Source of the DNA: Capsulimonadaceae bacterium
Lineage (GTDB): Bacteria; Armatimonadota; Armatimonadia; Armatimonadales; Capsulimonadaceae
Assembly: GCA_965215505.1 (NCBI GenBank)
Contig: OZ244065.1
Span: forward strand, 2,784,001 to 2,848,000
Direction: 5' to 3'
DNA: 64,000 nucleotides
In this document: positions 1 through 8,260 of the stretch, in pieces
Numbering within the stretch: position 1 is the first letter of the stretch
Layout of the letters: each line of letters begins with the position of its first letter
Position numbers and translations under genes: made by a program
Notes under the pieces: generated by a model
Database searches by the model: none
Told to the model about the DNA's origin: nothing
The model's input: the letters and a program-made list of their open reading frames with translations, nothing else

Positions 1-727
1 GCCAGGCAATGCGGCTGATCTCGGGGTCGCAGGAGGCCGCGAACCTCGTCCACTCGGCTTCCTCCGCCTTGAGCCGCGCTCCCAGCGACTCGGGTGGCGC
101 ATTCGCCTCGATCAGCGCCCGCGCCACAGCCCCATGGTGTTCCGGCTCCAGCGGGCGTATCTGGAAGCCTTCCGGCGTCACAGCAGGCGGCAGTGCCGTC
201 AGGTCCTCATAAGCCAGTTCCGGCGACAGGAAGAACAGCCGGTAGCCCTCATGCTCCAAGAGCCGCCGGGCGTCCGCCTCACCCTCGCTGGCATTCACGG
301 CCAGTCCGCCGCGCGGGCCGCCTTCGTTCAAGGCGCGTGCGCGCCCGTCGCCCCAGTGCAGCAGCGCCGTCCCGATGCCTCTGCCGCGCCACGCGGGGAG
401 TACCCAGGCGCGCGTCAGATACACCCGCGCCTCCGTGCCGTCGTCATAGGAGCTCCACCATTCCAGACGGCCATGCGCGATGACCTGTCCCGCGACTTCT
501 GCCAGCAGCACGTTCCCCTGCGTGCCGTCGGCAAAGGACAGCGCGACATCCTGTGCGTACTCATCCGGCAAAAGGTTAGGGAGCCGGTAGCAGACTGAGT
601 AGGGATCTGTCTTGTCCGCCGCCCGGCAACCGTCATGCACCGCCAGCATCGGGGCGAGGTCGGATTGCCCCCGATAGTGGCGGAACGTCAGGCCGGGAAT
701 ATTAGGAGCATCAGGCAGGTGAACCAT
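1..727 (-). CDS. GNAT family N-acetyltransferase (partial, runs off window edge)
   Basis: Not in the ORF track. Manual translation from ATG at 727 gives MVHLPDAPNIPGLTFRHYRG...VLPAWRGRGIGTALL (acetyl-CoA motif A)...ARRLLEHEGY; frame open to the window start. Confidence 0.8.
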   Translation of the reverse strand, partial: MVHLPDAPNIPGLTFRHYRGQSDLAPMLAVHDGCRAADKTDPYSVCYRLPNLLPDEYAQDVALSFADGTQGNVLLAEVAGQVIAHGRLEWWSSYDDGTEARVYLTRAWVLPAWRGRGIGTALLHWGDGRARALNEGGPRGGLAVNASEGEADARRLLEHEGYRLFFLSPELAYEDLTALPPAVTPEGFQIRPLEPEHHGAVARALIEANAPPESLGARLKAEEAEWTRFAASCDPEISRIAW

Positions 728-729
728 AG

Positions 730-1401
730 TTAGACCGCCTCTATCCCAACCCGCGCCAGGAGACGCTTCGGGTTCTCGTACAGCGCCGCGCTGGCCTCAT
801 CGGGCGTCAGCCCCGCGCCCAGCGCGACCGTCCGCGCGAAGGCTTCCGTGTGCAGGTCGCCCGGCGAGTGCGTGTCCGAGTTGACCAGCAGCTTCGCCCC
901 CGCCGCCCGGCCCAGAACGACCGTGTTGCCATTTCCCAGGCAGTGGCCCCGGCGCGAGGTGATCTCCAGAAACACGTCGTTCCGCGCGGCCAGCGCGGCT
1001 TCCTCCTCGGTCAGCAGGCCCGGATGCCCCAGCACGTCCACATCGGGGCATTCGACGCTCGCCCGGTTCGTCCCCGGCGGCACCGGCTCCACCAGCGTTT
1101 CGCCGTGGATGACCACGATGCGCGCCCCCGCCGCCTTCGCCCGCGCGGCCAGGGCGGCGATGGAGCGGGGCGGGCAGTGCGTCAGCTCGACGCCCGGCAG
1201 GACGCGGAACCCCCACTGTTCCCACGCCAGGTCGCAGTCGCGCGTCACCTTCTCGACCAGTTCTTCGATGTTAGAAGCCGAGGCGTGGTCGGTGATCGCC
1301 ATCGCCGAATAGCCGTTGACGTGTGCCCGCCGGATCAGCTCCATCGGCAGCAGGGCACCGTCGGAGAAGAACGAGTGCGTGTGGAAGTCATACAGAGGCA
1401 T
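730..1401 (-). CDS. PHP-domain phosphoesterase (histidinol-phosphatase-like)
   Basis: DFHTHS, AITDH, GVELTH, GHPG and NSDTH metal-binding motifs; start set to MPLYDFH. Confidence 0.85.
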   Translation of the reverse strand: MPLYDFHTHSFFSDGALLPMELIRRAHVNGYSAMAITDHASASNIEELVEKVTRDCDLAWEQWGFRVLPGVELTHCPPRSIAALAARAKAAGARIVVIHGETLVEPVPPGTNRASVECPDVDVLGHPGLLTEEEAALAARNDVFLEITSRRGHCLGNGNTVVLGRAAGAKLLVNSDTHSPGDLHTEAFARTVALGAGLTPDEASAALYENPKRLLARVGIEAV

Positions 1402-1553
1402 GGGTGGTCCTTGCGTTACGATAGGCACCGGGGCCGGTTAAGAACGAGACGGGGACGAGTAAAGAACCCCGGCCTTAAGGCCGGGGCCTTAACAAGATCT
1501 ATAAACGAGAAGTTCCCGTCTTAATGTACGCCCGCCGGGGGGGGGGGCTGGCC

Positions 1554-2143
1554 CTACCCGCGTGGCTTCCTCGGCTTGGGTGGGCGCTGGCCCTGAGCGC
1601 CTGGGCGGCCCTGGTTGCGGATGTAGGCGCGCACCACCGCCTCCGCCGCCTGGCCGACGCTCTCGGCGAAGTAGCCGTCGCTCCAGAAGCGCTCGCCCCA
1701 CAGGGCACAAAGGACAGGAACTCCTCCAGCTCCGGGAACTCCGCCCGCAAAACACGCGAGGTCCCGCCCTTCAGGGACTGCATGACCGTCATCACGCTGT
1801 CGGTGGGCGCGATCTGGAGCAGCACATGGACCTGGAGCAGCACATGGACCTGGAGCAGCACATGGACCTGGAGCAGCACATGGACGTGGTCGGGCTGCAC
1901 GCTGATCTCGTGCAGGCCCCAGGTCTTGACCGTCTTGACCTCACAGGCCTGGCGCAGCAGCGCCTCTAGGCGGGCCGCGACCGGCCCCTGGAGGACGCGC
2001 TTGCGGTACTTGGTCTTCTGAGACTTGGGCACCCAGACCAGGTGGAAGCGGAGCCGGTGCAGGGTGTGGGCACCGGACCAGTAGCCAGCGGCGCGGGTGG
2101 CAGGGGCCGGCCCGGTGGGGCGCGCGGCGGTACGTTTACGCAT
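1554..2143 (-). pseudogene. tnpA: IS200/IS605 HUH (Y1) transposase TnpA, frameshifted
   Basis: FHLVWVPK..YRK, PDHVH (HUH) and LKGGTSR are present. The FWSDGYF...YIRNQ C-terminus (catalytic Tyr) lies in another frame after a 14-nt insertion near 1705-1718. Confidence 0.85.
1814..1885. repeat. 18-bp tandem repeat x4 (CTGGAGCAGCACATGGAC), encoding (VHVLLQ)4
   Basis: Four exact copies visible in the sequence. Confidence 0.95.
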
Positions 2144-2296
2144 GGCCCCATTAGAGCAGGGGAGTGTGCCTTGTCCCTGGACAAATCAGCGCGAGAGTCA
2201 ACCGGGCGCTCGTTCCGGGCGGGCGTTTCCTCTCCGGCCTGAAGGCCGGGGCTTCCACGCCGGGGGGCGGGAGGCTCTGTCTCACACGCAGGCATC

Positions 2297-2430
2297 GTGA
2301 GTGAAGTCACTCGCTGACGCAGGATTTGTCCAGGGGACAAGGGAGCGGCAGAAGCCACCACGATTTCCGGTCCTTCCCCTCCTCTGTCCCCTGGACAGGT
2401 CCTAATCAGCGAGTGACTTCAGTCACTCGT
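2297..2430. repeat. REP/REPIN-like inverted repeat
   Basis: gagtgaagtcactcgctga...tgtccaggggaca is inverted relative to tgtcccctggaca...tcagcgagtgacttc. Confidence 0.75.
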
Positions 2431-2458
2431 CTTTCTCGTTTTTCTACCTACCCTTGTG

Positions 2459-3238
2459 TCACAAGTCTGTCACAGTGTCACAGGTGGGTGTGACAGAAGG
2501 CGGCTTGACGCTCTTGACGAGAAGGCAGTTCGGGAACCGCGCCAGTGACGCCAGGCCCGGCTCCTGCCGCAAAGCCTCTTCCGAGGCGACCGGCTCCACG
2601 ATCTGCGCCACGGCCAGCCCCGCCCCGACCAGCCCGTTCACCAGAGTCGCCATCGTCCGGTGGTACTTGGCGACGCCGTCCACGAACCAGTGGAGCCGCC
2701 GCTCGCCCTCGTCCCCATAGTCGTCTATGGGCCAGTAGAGCCGGTTCCCCGCCACGTCGCGCACCCAGTTCTGCTCCCCCGCCTTCCGCGCCGTCGTCAT
2801 CGGGTGTTCCGTGGAATAAACAAACGCGCCGCCCGGCCTCAGCCACTGGGAGACGCTGCCGGCAAGCGCATCGTAGTCCTGAACATAATGCACCGCGAAC
2901 GAGCTGACCACGACATCAAACGTCGCGGGCGCGAACGACAGGTCTTCAATCGCTGCCCGCACATACTCGATGGCCGGGTGCGCGTTCCGCTCCCGCGCCA
3001 CCGCCAGCATCTTTTCCGAGATGTCCGCCCCGACCACGCGCGCCGCTCCCTGGCTAGCGCAGTAGAGGCTCAGGTCACCCGCCCCGCAGCCCATGTCCAG
3101 CACAGCCGCCCCCGCCAGCGGCGGCAGGAGGGCGCGCAGGGTCGGCTGCTCCACCAAGTCGTTGAGGTTGCCGGGGCTGGCCCTCAGTTCGGCGTAGCCC
3201 TGAAAGAACGCCTCATCATCGTAGATGTTCTGTCTCAC
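2459..3238 (-). CDS. Class I SAM-dependent methyltransferase
   Basis: VLDMGCGAG, FDVVVSS and LRPGG motifs; GTG start overlaps the stop of the upstream gene (GTGA). Confidence 0.9.
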   Translation of the reverse strand: MRQNIYDDEAFFQGYAELRASPGNLNDLVEQPTLRALLPPLAGAAVLDMGCGAGDLSLYCASQGAARVVGADISEKMLAVARERNAHPAIEYVRAAIEDLSFAPATFDVVVSSFAVHYVQDYDALAGSVSQWLRPGGAFVYSTEHPMTTARKAGEQNWVRDVAGNRLYWPIDDYGDEGERRLHWFVDGVAKYHRTMATLVNGLVGAGLAVAQIVEPVASEEALRQEPGLASLARFPNCLLVKSVKPPSVTPTCDTVTDL

Positions 3239-3597
3239 GCGCTCGCCCCCGGCAAGGGAAAATCGCATTGGCCATCCATACCAAGCGCGCGCAGGCTCGA
3301 AAGGATAGCCGGGTCCGTGCCGCTGTACCGAAGCGTGGCAACGCAATTGACGGACATTGCCCGGAAAGCCCGATTCAATTCTTCCGGCGTCTCTGGCTGT
3401 TTCTTGAAGAAGCAGCCAAAGTCATATTGGCCTTCGCCGTCATCGCGAAAGCCGATCAAGTCCGGCGCTTCCTCTTCCGGCAGGCAGCAGGTAAGACATT
3501 CGCCCGCCACCACATAGAATGGCCCCGGCACATTCATTAAATCAGCTACATACTTCCGGTTCCTGGCGTCGTGTGAAGCCATAGGCAGATCGGTCAT
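3235..3597 (-). CDS. Ferredoxin-like protein
   Basis: NVPGPFYV..ECLTCCLP..EAPD, KQP.T.EE, NCV pattern; ATGA coupling to the upstream gene. Confidence 0.65.
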   Translation of the reverse strand: MTDLPMASHDARNRKYVADLMNVPGPFYVVAGECLTCCLPEEEAPDLIGFRDDGEGQYDFGCFFKKQPETPEELNRAFRAMSVNCVATLRYSGTDPAILSSLRALGMDGQCDFPLPGASA

Positions 3598-3848
3598 GAC
3601 TGAGGCACCAGCGGTTCCAATTCCGCCCAAAGCTCCTCGAATACCAGAGGCTGACCGCCCATCCTGCTGATGAACAAGGGCCGTTCCCTGTTCCAGTAGT
3701 ATTTCAGCTTGCGCGGCGAGTAGCGGCGCAGGAGGTCAGGCAGATTGTGGATGTGATCCGCCTGAGCCGCGCCCAGGTCTGCATCTTTCGACCAGCCCGC
3801 TGACCGCGCCTCAACGACGCCCGTCTGAAGGATTCGCAGGATGACCAT
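3594..3848 (-). CDS. Hypothetical protein (true start may be upstream, possible frameshift)
   Basis: ORF containing ADHIHNLPDLL...YYW; translationally coupled to the downstream gene. Confidence 0.6.
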   Translation of the reverse strand: MVILRILQTGVVEARSAGWSKDADLGAAQADHIHNLPDLLRRYSPRKLKYYWNRERPLFISRMGGQPLVFEELWAELEPLVPQS

Positions 3849-3954
3849 CTGCGATGTTGTTAGGGCAGGGTTCCAAGTTGGCCTGATGCTCCGCTACGAG
3901 TTCCGGAAAGGTGTCTTCGATGAGCCGCTGGAACTTCCTCACGCTGGCCCCCCT

Positions 3955-4905
3955 CTAGTCGAACAAACTGGACACGCTCATGTCCTGGTTGACGCGGTGG
4001 ATCGCCTCCCCGAACATGGCGGCGACCGAGAGCTGGGTGATCTTGGGGCGGCGCTTCTCGGGCGCGAGGGGGATGCTGTCGGTGATGACGACCTCGGCGA
4101 TGGCCGGGTGGTCGTTCAGCCGGTCCACGGCGTCCAGCGTCAGGACCCCATGCGTGGCGCAGATGTGGATCTCGGGCTTGCAGCCGTGCTCCACCAAAGT
4201 CCGGACGCACTCGATGATCGAGCCGCCGGTCGTGATCATGTCTTCCAGGATGATCGGCGTCTTGCCCTTAACGTCGCCGGCGAGGTCCGTGATCTCCGTG
4301 TGCCCGTGCATCTCGTGGTGCTTGTAGCCGACGGCAAGCGGGGCGTTGAGCTGCCGGACCAGCTTGCGGGCCTGCTTGACCCGGCCCTCGTCGGGTGAGA
4401 CGATGACGACGTTTTCGAGCTGCTTCTGCTGGAAGTAGTCCGCGAACATCCCGCGCGCGGTCAGGTGGTCCAGGGGGATGTTGAAGAAGCCCTGGATGGC
4501 GTCCGCGTGCAGGTCCATCGTGATGACCCGGTCCGCGCCCGACGCGGTCAGGACGTCCGCGATGAGCTTGGCCGTGATCGCCTCGCGCGGGCGGTCCTTC
4601 TTCTCCTGCCGGGCGTACCCGAAGTACGGCAGCACGGCCGTGATCCGGTCCGCGCTGGATCGGCGCATGGCGTCAATCAGGATCAGCAGCTCGACCAGGT
4701 TGGTGTCCACGGGCGGACAGGTGGGCTGGATGATGAAGGCATCCGCCCCGCGCACGCTTTCTTTGTACTGCACATACGTCTCGCCGTCGGAGAACCGCTC
4801 GATACGCACGTCGCCGAGCGGCAGGCCCAGCCAGGCGGCGATGTCCCGGCCGAGCTTCGGGTTGCCGGTCCCCGCGAACAGCTTGATTTCGGTCTTTTCT
4901 CTCAC
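3955..4905 (-). CDS. prs: Ribose-phosphate pyrophosphokinase
   Basis: RFSDGE, PYFGYARQEKK, DLHA..IQGFF, VSPDEG and EDMITTGGS motifs; GTG start. Confidence 0.97.
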   Translation of the reverse strand: MREKTEIKLFAGTGNPKLGRDIAAWLGLPLGDVRIERFSDGETYVQYKESVRGADAFIIQPTCPPVDTNLVELLILIDAMRRSSADRITAVLPYFGYARQEKKDRPREAITAKLIADVLTASGADRVITMDLHADAIQGFFNIPLDHLTARGMFADYFQQKQLENVVIVSPDEGRVKQARKLVRQLNAPLAVGYKHHEMHGHTEITDLAGDVKGKTPIILEDMITTGGSIIECVRTLVEHGCKPEIHICATHGVLTLDAVDRLNDHPAIAEVVITDSIPLAPEKRRPKITQLSVAAMFGEAIHRVNQDMSVSSLFD

Positions 4906-5042
4906 ACTGATCCCCTCGCCGCCCGCCGCGTCTTCCGGCAGGTCGGCCTGATTATACCGGACACGGCGGCGGCTTGGCAAGGGGACAGGCGGGATGAGAC
5001 AAGTGGGGGCACGACGGGAGGTGACCAGGCATGACGGGGCCA

Positions 5043-5205
5043 GGCCATGCGCGGACCATGCGTTGAAACGCACGGCTATTCAGCCTGCGGCTAGAAACCC
5101 CGCTTCGCGGGGCTGAGAATGGTTGTTCCTAGTGCCGCGAAGCGGTACTTCGTGGCGTCCGCGCCGTCTAGCCGTGCGTTTCAACGCATGGTCCGATGCA
5201 TGGCC
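5043..5205. repeat. REPIN-like long inverted repeat
   Basis: ggaccatgcgttgaaacgcacggcta / tagccgtgcgtttcaacgcatggtcc, with inner cgcttcgcgg / ccgcgaagcg palindromes. Confidence 0.8.
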
Positions 5206-5209
5206 CGAT

Positions 5210-6598
5210 TTACCGCCCGGCGCTCCGGGCGGTCAGCCGTGCGCCCGCCTGTAGCGGCCCGAGCCGTTGCAGGGCGGCGACCGCGACCGGGGCGTCCATC
5301 GGGCTGAAATCCGGGTTCAGGCGGAGCGCGCGGCTCAAAAAAGAACGCGCGGCGGCCTGATCCTGTAACTTAGCGGAGATCATGCCGGCGTGGAACAGGA
5401 AGTCGGCCTCGGGCGTGTGGCGACTCAAGGCGGCGCGGCTCATCGCCGCCGCCTCTTGGGTGCGCCCGTTCTTATACAGGCACCAGGCCAGGGCGTCGGC
5501 GGCGTAGACGTTCCTGCGGGTCCGGTACTCCTCCCGCGCCGCCAGCAATGCTTCGGGCAGGTCGCGGTCGTGGTTCGCCTGGAACAGAGACATCTGCCAG
5601 CCGCCCTTTACCCCGTTCGCCTTCTGGAGCCGGTCTATCTGCCCGGCCAGGGCGAACTGCCGCGCGGCGTCGGCCTTGCGGCCCGTCAGGGCGTACAGGT
5701 CGCCCAGCGCGCCGACGGCTTCCAGTTGCGGCACAACGGCGACGGCCTTCTCATAGCGCCCGATGGCGTCCTGATAGTCGCCCCGCCCCGCCTCCACCCG
5801 GCCCAGGGCCATCAGGACGCGGTAGTTGTTGGGCGTGGTCGTCAGGGCGTCCTTTAACGTCTGTTCGGCTGCCGCCTGATGGCCCTCGCTGTAGAGCATC
5901 AGGCCGAGTTGGGCGCGGCACCAGCCCGTCGTCTCGGCATAGGGTCCGCCGGCGTCAATGGCCTTGACCATCAGCCGGACCCCTTCATTGTGGGCGTCCC
6001 CGGTCAGCCACAGCAGATGCCCGCCCCGGCTGTAGGAAGCAAGGTCAGGCCGGAGGTCGAGCATCTTCTGGTAATGGGCATAGGCGGCATCATAATCGCC
6101 AAGCTCCTGGTCGGCGTCCCCAATCAGCCCGTAGGCGTCGTTGTCGCCGGGGTCCAGGGCCAGGGCCTTCCCCGCCCAGGCTTTGCTCGCTTCAAACTCG
6201 TGCCGGTCGCTCGTCACCCAGGCCATGCCAGTCAATGCGCCCGCGTCCCGCCCGTCCAGCGCCAGGGCCTTCTTGTAGACGGCCTCGGCGTGGCCGTAGT
6301 AGCTCAGGTCCGCCGTCTCGCGCGCCTTCTGCATCAGGGCGTTGCCCAGGTCCACCCAGGCCTTCGTATCTTTCGGGTTCCGACTCGTCACGCGCGTGTC
6401 TTTGCTAATCGCCTGGTCCAGCAGCGCGTGGCCCGCCGCAGGCGTGGCGGCGGGCGTATCAGCTCGGGCGGCGGCGAGGGAAACGACCGGACGGGCGGCG
6501 GGCGTGTCGGCGGTGCGGCAGCCCGCGCCCGCCGCCAGGCAGGCGAACAGGAGGGGAAGGATGGTCTTCTTTAGGGCCATTGCATAGGTGCCATTCAT
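5210..6598 (-). CDS. TPR-repeat lipoprotein (DUF4331 cluster)
   Basis: Signal peptide with LAAGAGC lipobox; multiple TPRs; paralog of 6800-8173. Confidence 0.88.
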   Translation of the reverse strand: MNGTYAMALKKTILPLLFACLAAGAGCRTADTPAARPVVSLAAARADTPAATPAAGHALLDQAISKDTRVTSRNPKDTKAWVDLGNALMQKARETADLSYYGHAEAVYKKALALDGRDAGALTGMAWVTSDRHEFEASKAWAGKALALDPGDNDAYGLIGDADQELGDYDAAYAHYQKMLDLRPDLASYSRGGHLLWLTGDAHNEGVRLMVKAIDAGGPYAETTGWCRAQLGLMLYSEGHQAAAEQTLKDALTTTPNNYRVLMALGRVEAGRGDYQDAIGRYEKAVAVVPQLEAVGALGDLYALTGRKADAARQFALAGQIDRLQKANGVKGGWQMSLFQANHDRDLPEALLAAREEYRTRRNVYAADALAWCLYKNGRTQEAAAMSRAALSRHTPEADFLFHAGMISAKLQDQAAARSFLSRALRLNPDFSPMDAPVAVAALQRLGPLQAGARLTARSAGR

Positions 6599-6626
6599 CG
6601 GTGCTGTCTGAGAAGGAGTAGGACGG

Positions 6627-6786
6627 CCCCCACCCCCGGCGCGGACGCCGACCCCTGCCCCCGCAAGCGGGAGAGGGGTGAAGAGTGAGGGGAGAAGAGG
6701 CGAACAGCCCGCGCTCCTAATCCTGTTTCCTTACCCCTCTCCCGCTTGCGGGGGCAGGGGTCGGCGTCCGCGCCGGGGGTGGGGGG
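6627..6786. repeat. REP-like inverted repeat pair (CCCCTCTCCCGCTTGCGGGGG family)
   Basis: Arms of about 50 bp, inverted; a third copy lies at about 17233-17285. Confidence 0.85.
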
Positions 6787-6799
6787 CTGACCGTCCGCC

Positions 6800-8173
6800 T
6801 CAGCCCGCCTTCGCCGCAGCCGCCCCGCCGGACGGCTGCGACCCGAGCTGCTTCAGCGTGTCGGCGGCCGTCTTCGCGTCCCGCACACTAAAGGAGGGGT
6901 TCGTACTCAGGGCGGAGGCCAGGTACTTCCCCGCCGTCACCCGGTCGCCGTCCTTGGCGTAGATCATGCCCGCATGGAACAGGAGGGCGGCGTCGGGCGT
7001 GTTGCGGGCCATGGCGGTCTGGATGGCGGCTTTGGCCTCCTCCTGCCGGCCGTTCTTGTAATAGCACCAGGCGAGGGTGTCGGCGTCGTTGACGTTCCGG
7101 CTGGACTTGCTTAACTCAGCGAGCTGCAAGGCCTGGGGCAGATTCCGGTCGTGGTCGGCGTAGAACTGCGCCATCTGCATGTGGTCGTCCACCCCCGCGT
7201 CGGCGTCCTGCTTGTGGAGGGCCTCCACCTGCGCGTACTGCTTCTCAGCCCCGGCCTTGTCGCCGGTACGCTGGTACAGGTCGCCCAGGGCGGCCAGCGA
7301 GGCCAGCGTGGGGGCAACGGCGACCGACTTCTTGTAGGCAGCAATCGCCTCGGGGTAGTTCCCGCGCGCCGCCTTGAACGTGCCGAGAGCTGCCAGGGCC
7401 TCGGCGTCATCGGGCGTGGTCTTGAGGGCGGATTGGAGCGTCTGCTCGGCGGGCAGAAGCGCCCCCTCATCAAAAAGCATCAGGGCGAGCTGCGTGCGGC
7501 ACCAGGCGGTGTTCTCGGCATAGGGGCTGCCCGTATTGATCGCCTTGATCATCAGCCACATCGCTTTGCGGGAGTTGCCGTCCTGCGCCAGCAGGTGCGC
7601 GCCCCGGCTGTAGGAGGCGACGTCGGGGCGGATGTCGAGCATCTTCTGGTAGTGGGCATAGGCGGCATCGTAGTTCCCCTGCGCCGCGTCGGCATCGCCC
7701 AGAAGCCCATACGCCGTGTTGTCCCTGGGGTCGAGCGCGACGGCCTTGTTCGCCCAGTCCGTACTCTCGCCGAACCGGTTGCGGTCGCTCGCCACCCAGG
7801 CCAGCCCGGTCATGGCGTCGGCGCTGCCGGGGTTGACCGCCAATGCCTGCCGGTAGACCTGCTCGGCGTAGCCGTAATAGCGGGGGTCGGCGGTTTCGCG
7901 CGGCTTCTGCATCAGAGTGTCGCCGAGTTTGACCCAGGATTTGTCGTCGCTCGGATGCCGGCGCAGCAGGCCCGTCCATTTGGCGATTCCGTGGTCCGAC
8001 GCCGTCCGGGCGGGCGGCGTCGGGATGGCGGCCAGCGTCACGTCTGCCGTGGGCAGGGCCAGGGCGGACGACGCCGGACCGCCCGGCACGGCATGACGCC
8101 CGGCACAGCCGCCGACCATGAGGGCGGCGGGGAGGAGAAAGGATAAGATTTTAGGAAGGAGGGCGTTCTTCAT
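6800..8173 (-). CDS. TPR-repeat lipoprotein (DUF4331 cluster)
   Basis: MVGGC lipobox; TPRs; shares the RETAD..YYG.AE motif with its neighbour. Confidence 0.88.
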   Translation of the reverse strand: MKNALLPKILSFLLPAALMVGGCAGRHAVPGGPASSALALPTADVTLAAIPTPPARTASDHGIAKWTGLLRRHPSDDKSWVKLGDTLMQKPRETADPRYYGYAEQVYRQALAVNPGSADAMTGLAWVASDRNRFGESTDWANKAVALDPRDNTAYGLLGDADAAQGNYDAAYAHYQKMLDIRPDVASYSRGAHLLAQDGNSRKAMWLMIKAINTGSPYAENTAWCRTQLALMLFDEGALLPAEQTLQSALKTTPDDAEALAALGTFKAARGNYPEAIAAYKKSVAVAPTLASLAALGDLYQRTGDKAGAEKQYAQVEALHKQDADAGVDDHMQMAQFYADHDRNLPQALQLAELSKSSRNVNDADTLAWCYYKNGRQEEAKAAIQTAMARNTPDAALLFHAGMIYAKDGDRVTAGKYLASALSTNPSFSVRDAKTAADTLKQLGSQPSGGAAAAKAG

Positions 8174-8260
8174 TGGTTTGCGATTCTACGCGGGCCTGTT
8201 CATGCCGGGGAAGGAGAGGGCGGTTTCCATCGCCCCCTCCCTGAGTGCCGACTGTTCGCC

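Larger units (their letters stand above)
1462..2256 (-). mobile_element. IS200/IS605-family element (tnpA only, no tnpB)
   Basis: Terminal hairpins ccccggccttaaggccgggg (1467-1486) and ccggcctgaaggccgg (2234-2249) flank a Y1 transposase gene; exact ends uncertain. Confidence 0.8.

Noticed and set aside
1537-1547. G11 homopolymer as a phase-variation switch
   Set aside because: It lies downstream of the true tnpA stop in a dead element; no affected gene
1814-1885. CRISPR-like array
   Set aside because: Contiguous 18-bp tandem copies with no spacers, inside tnpA; no cas genes in the window
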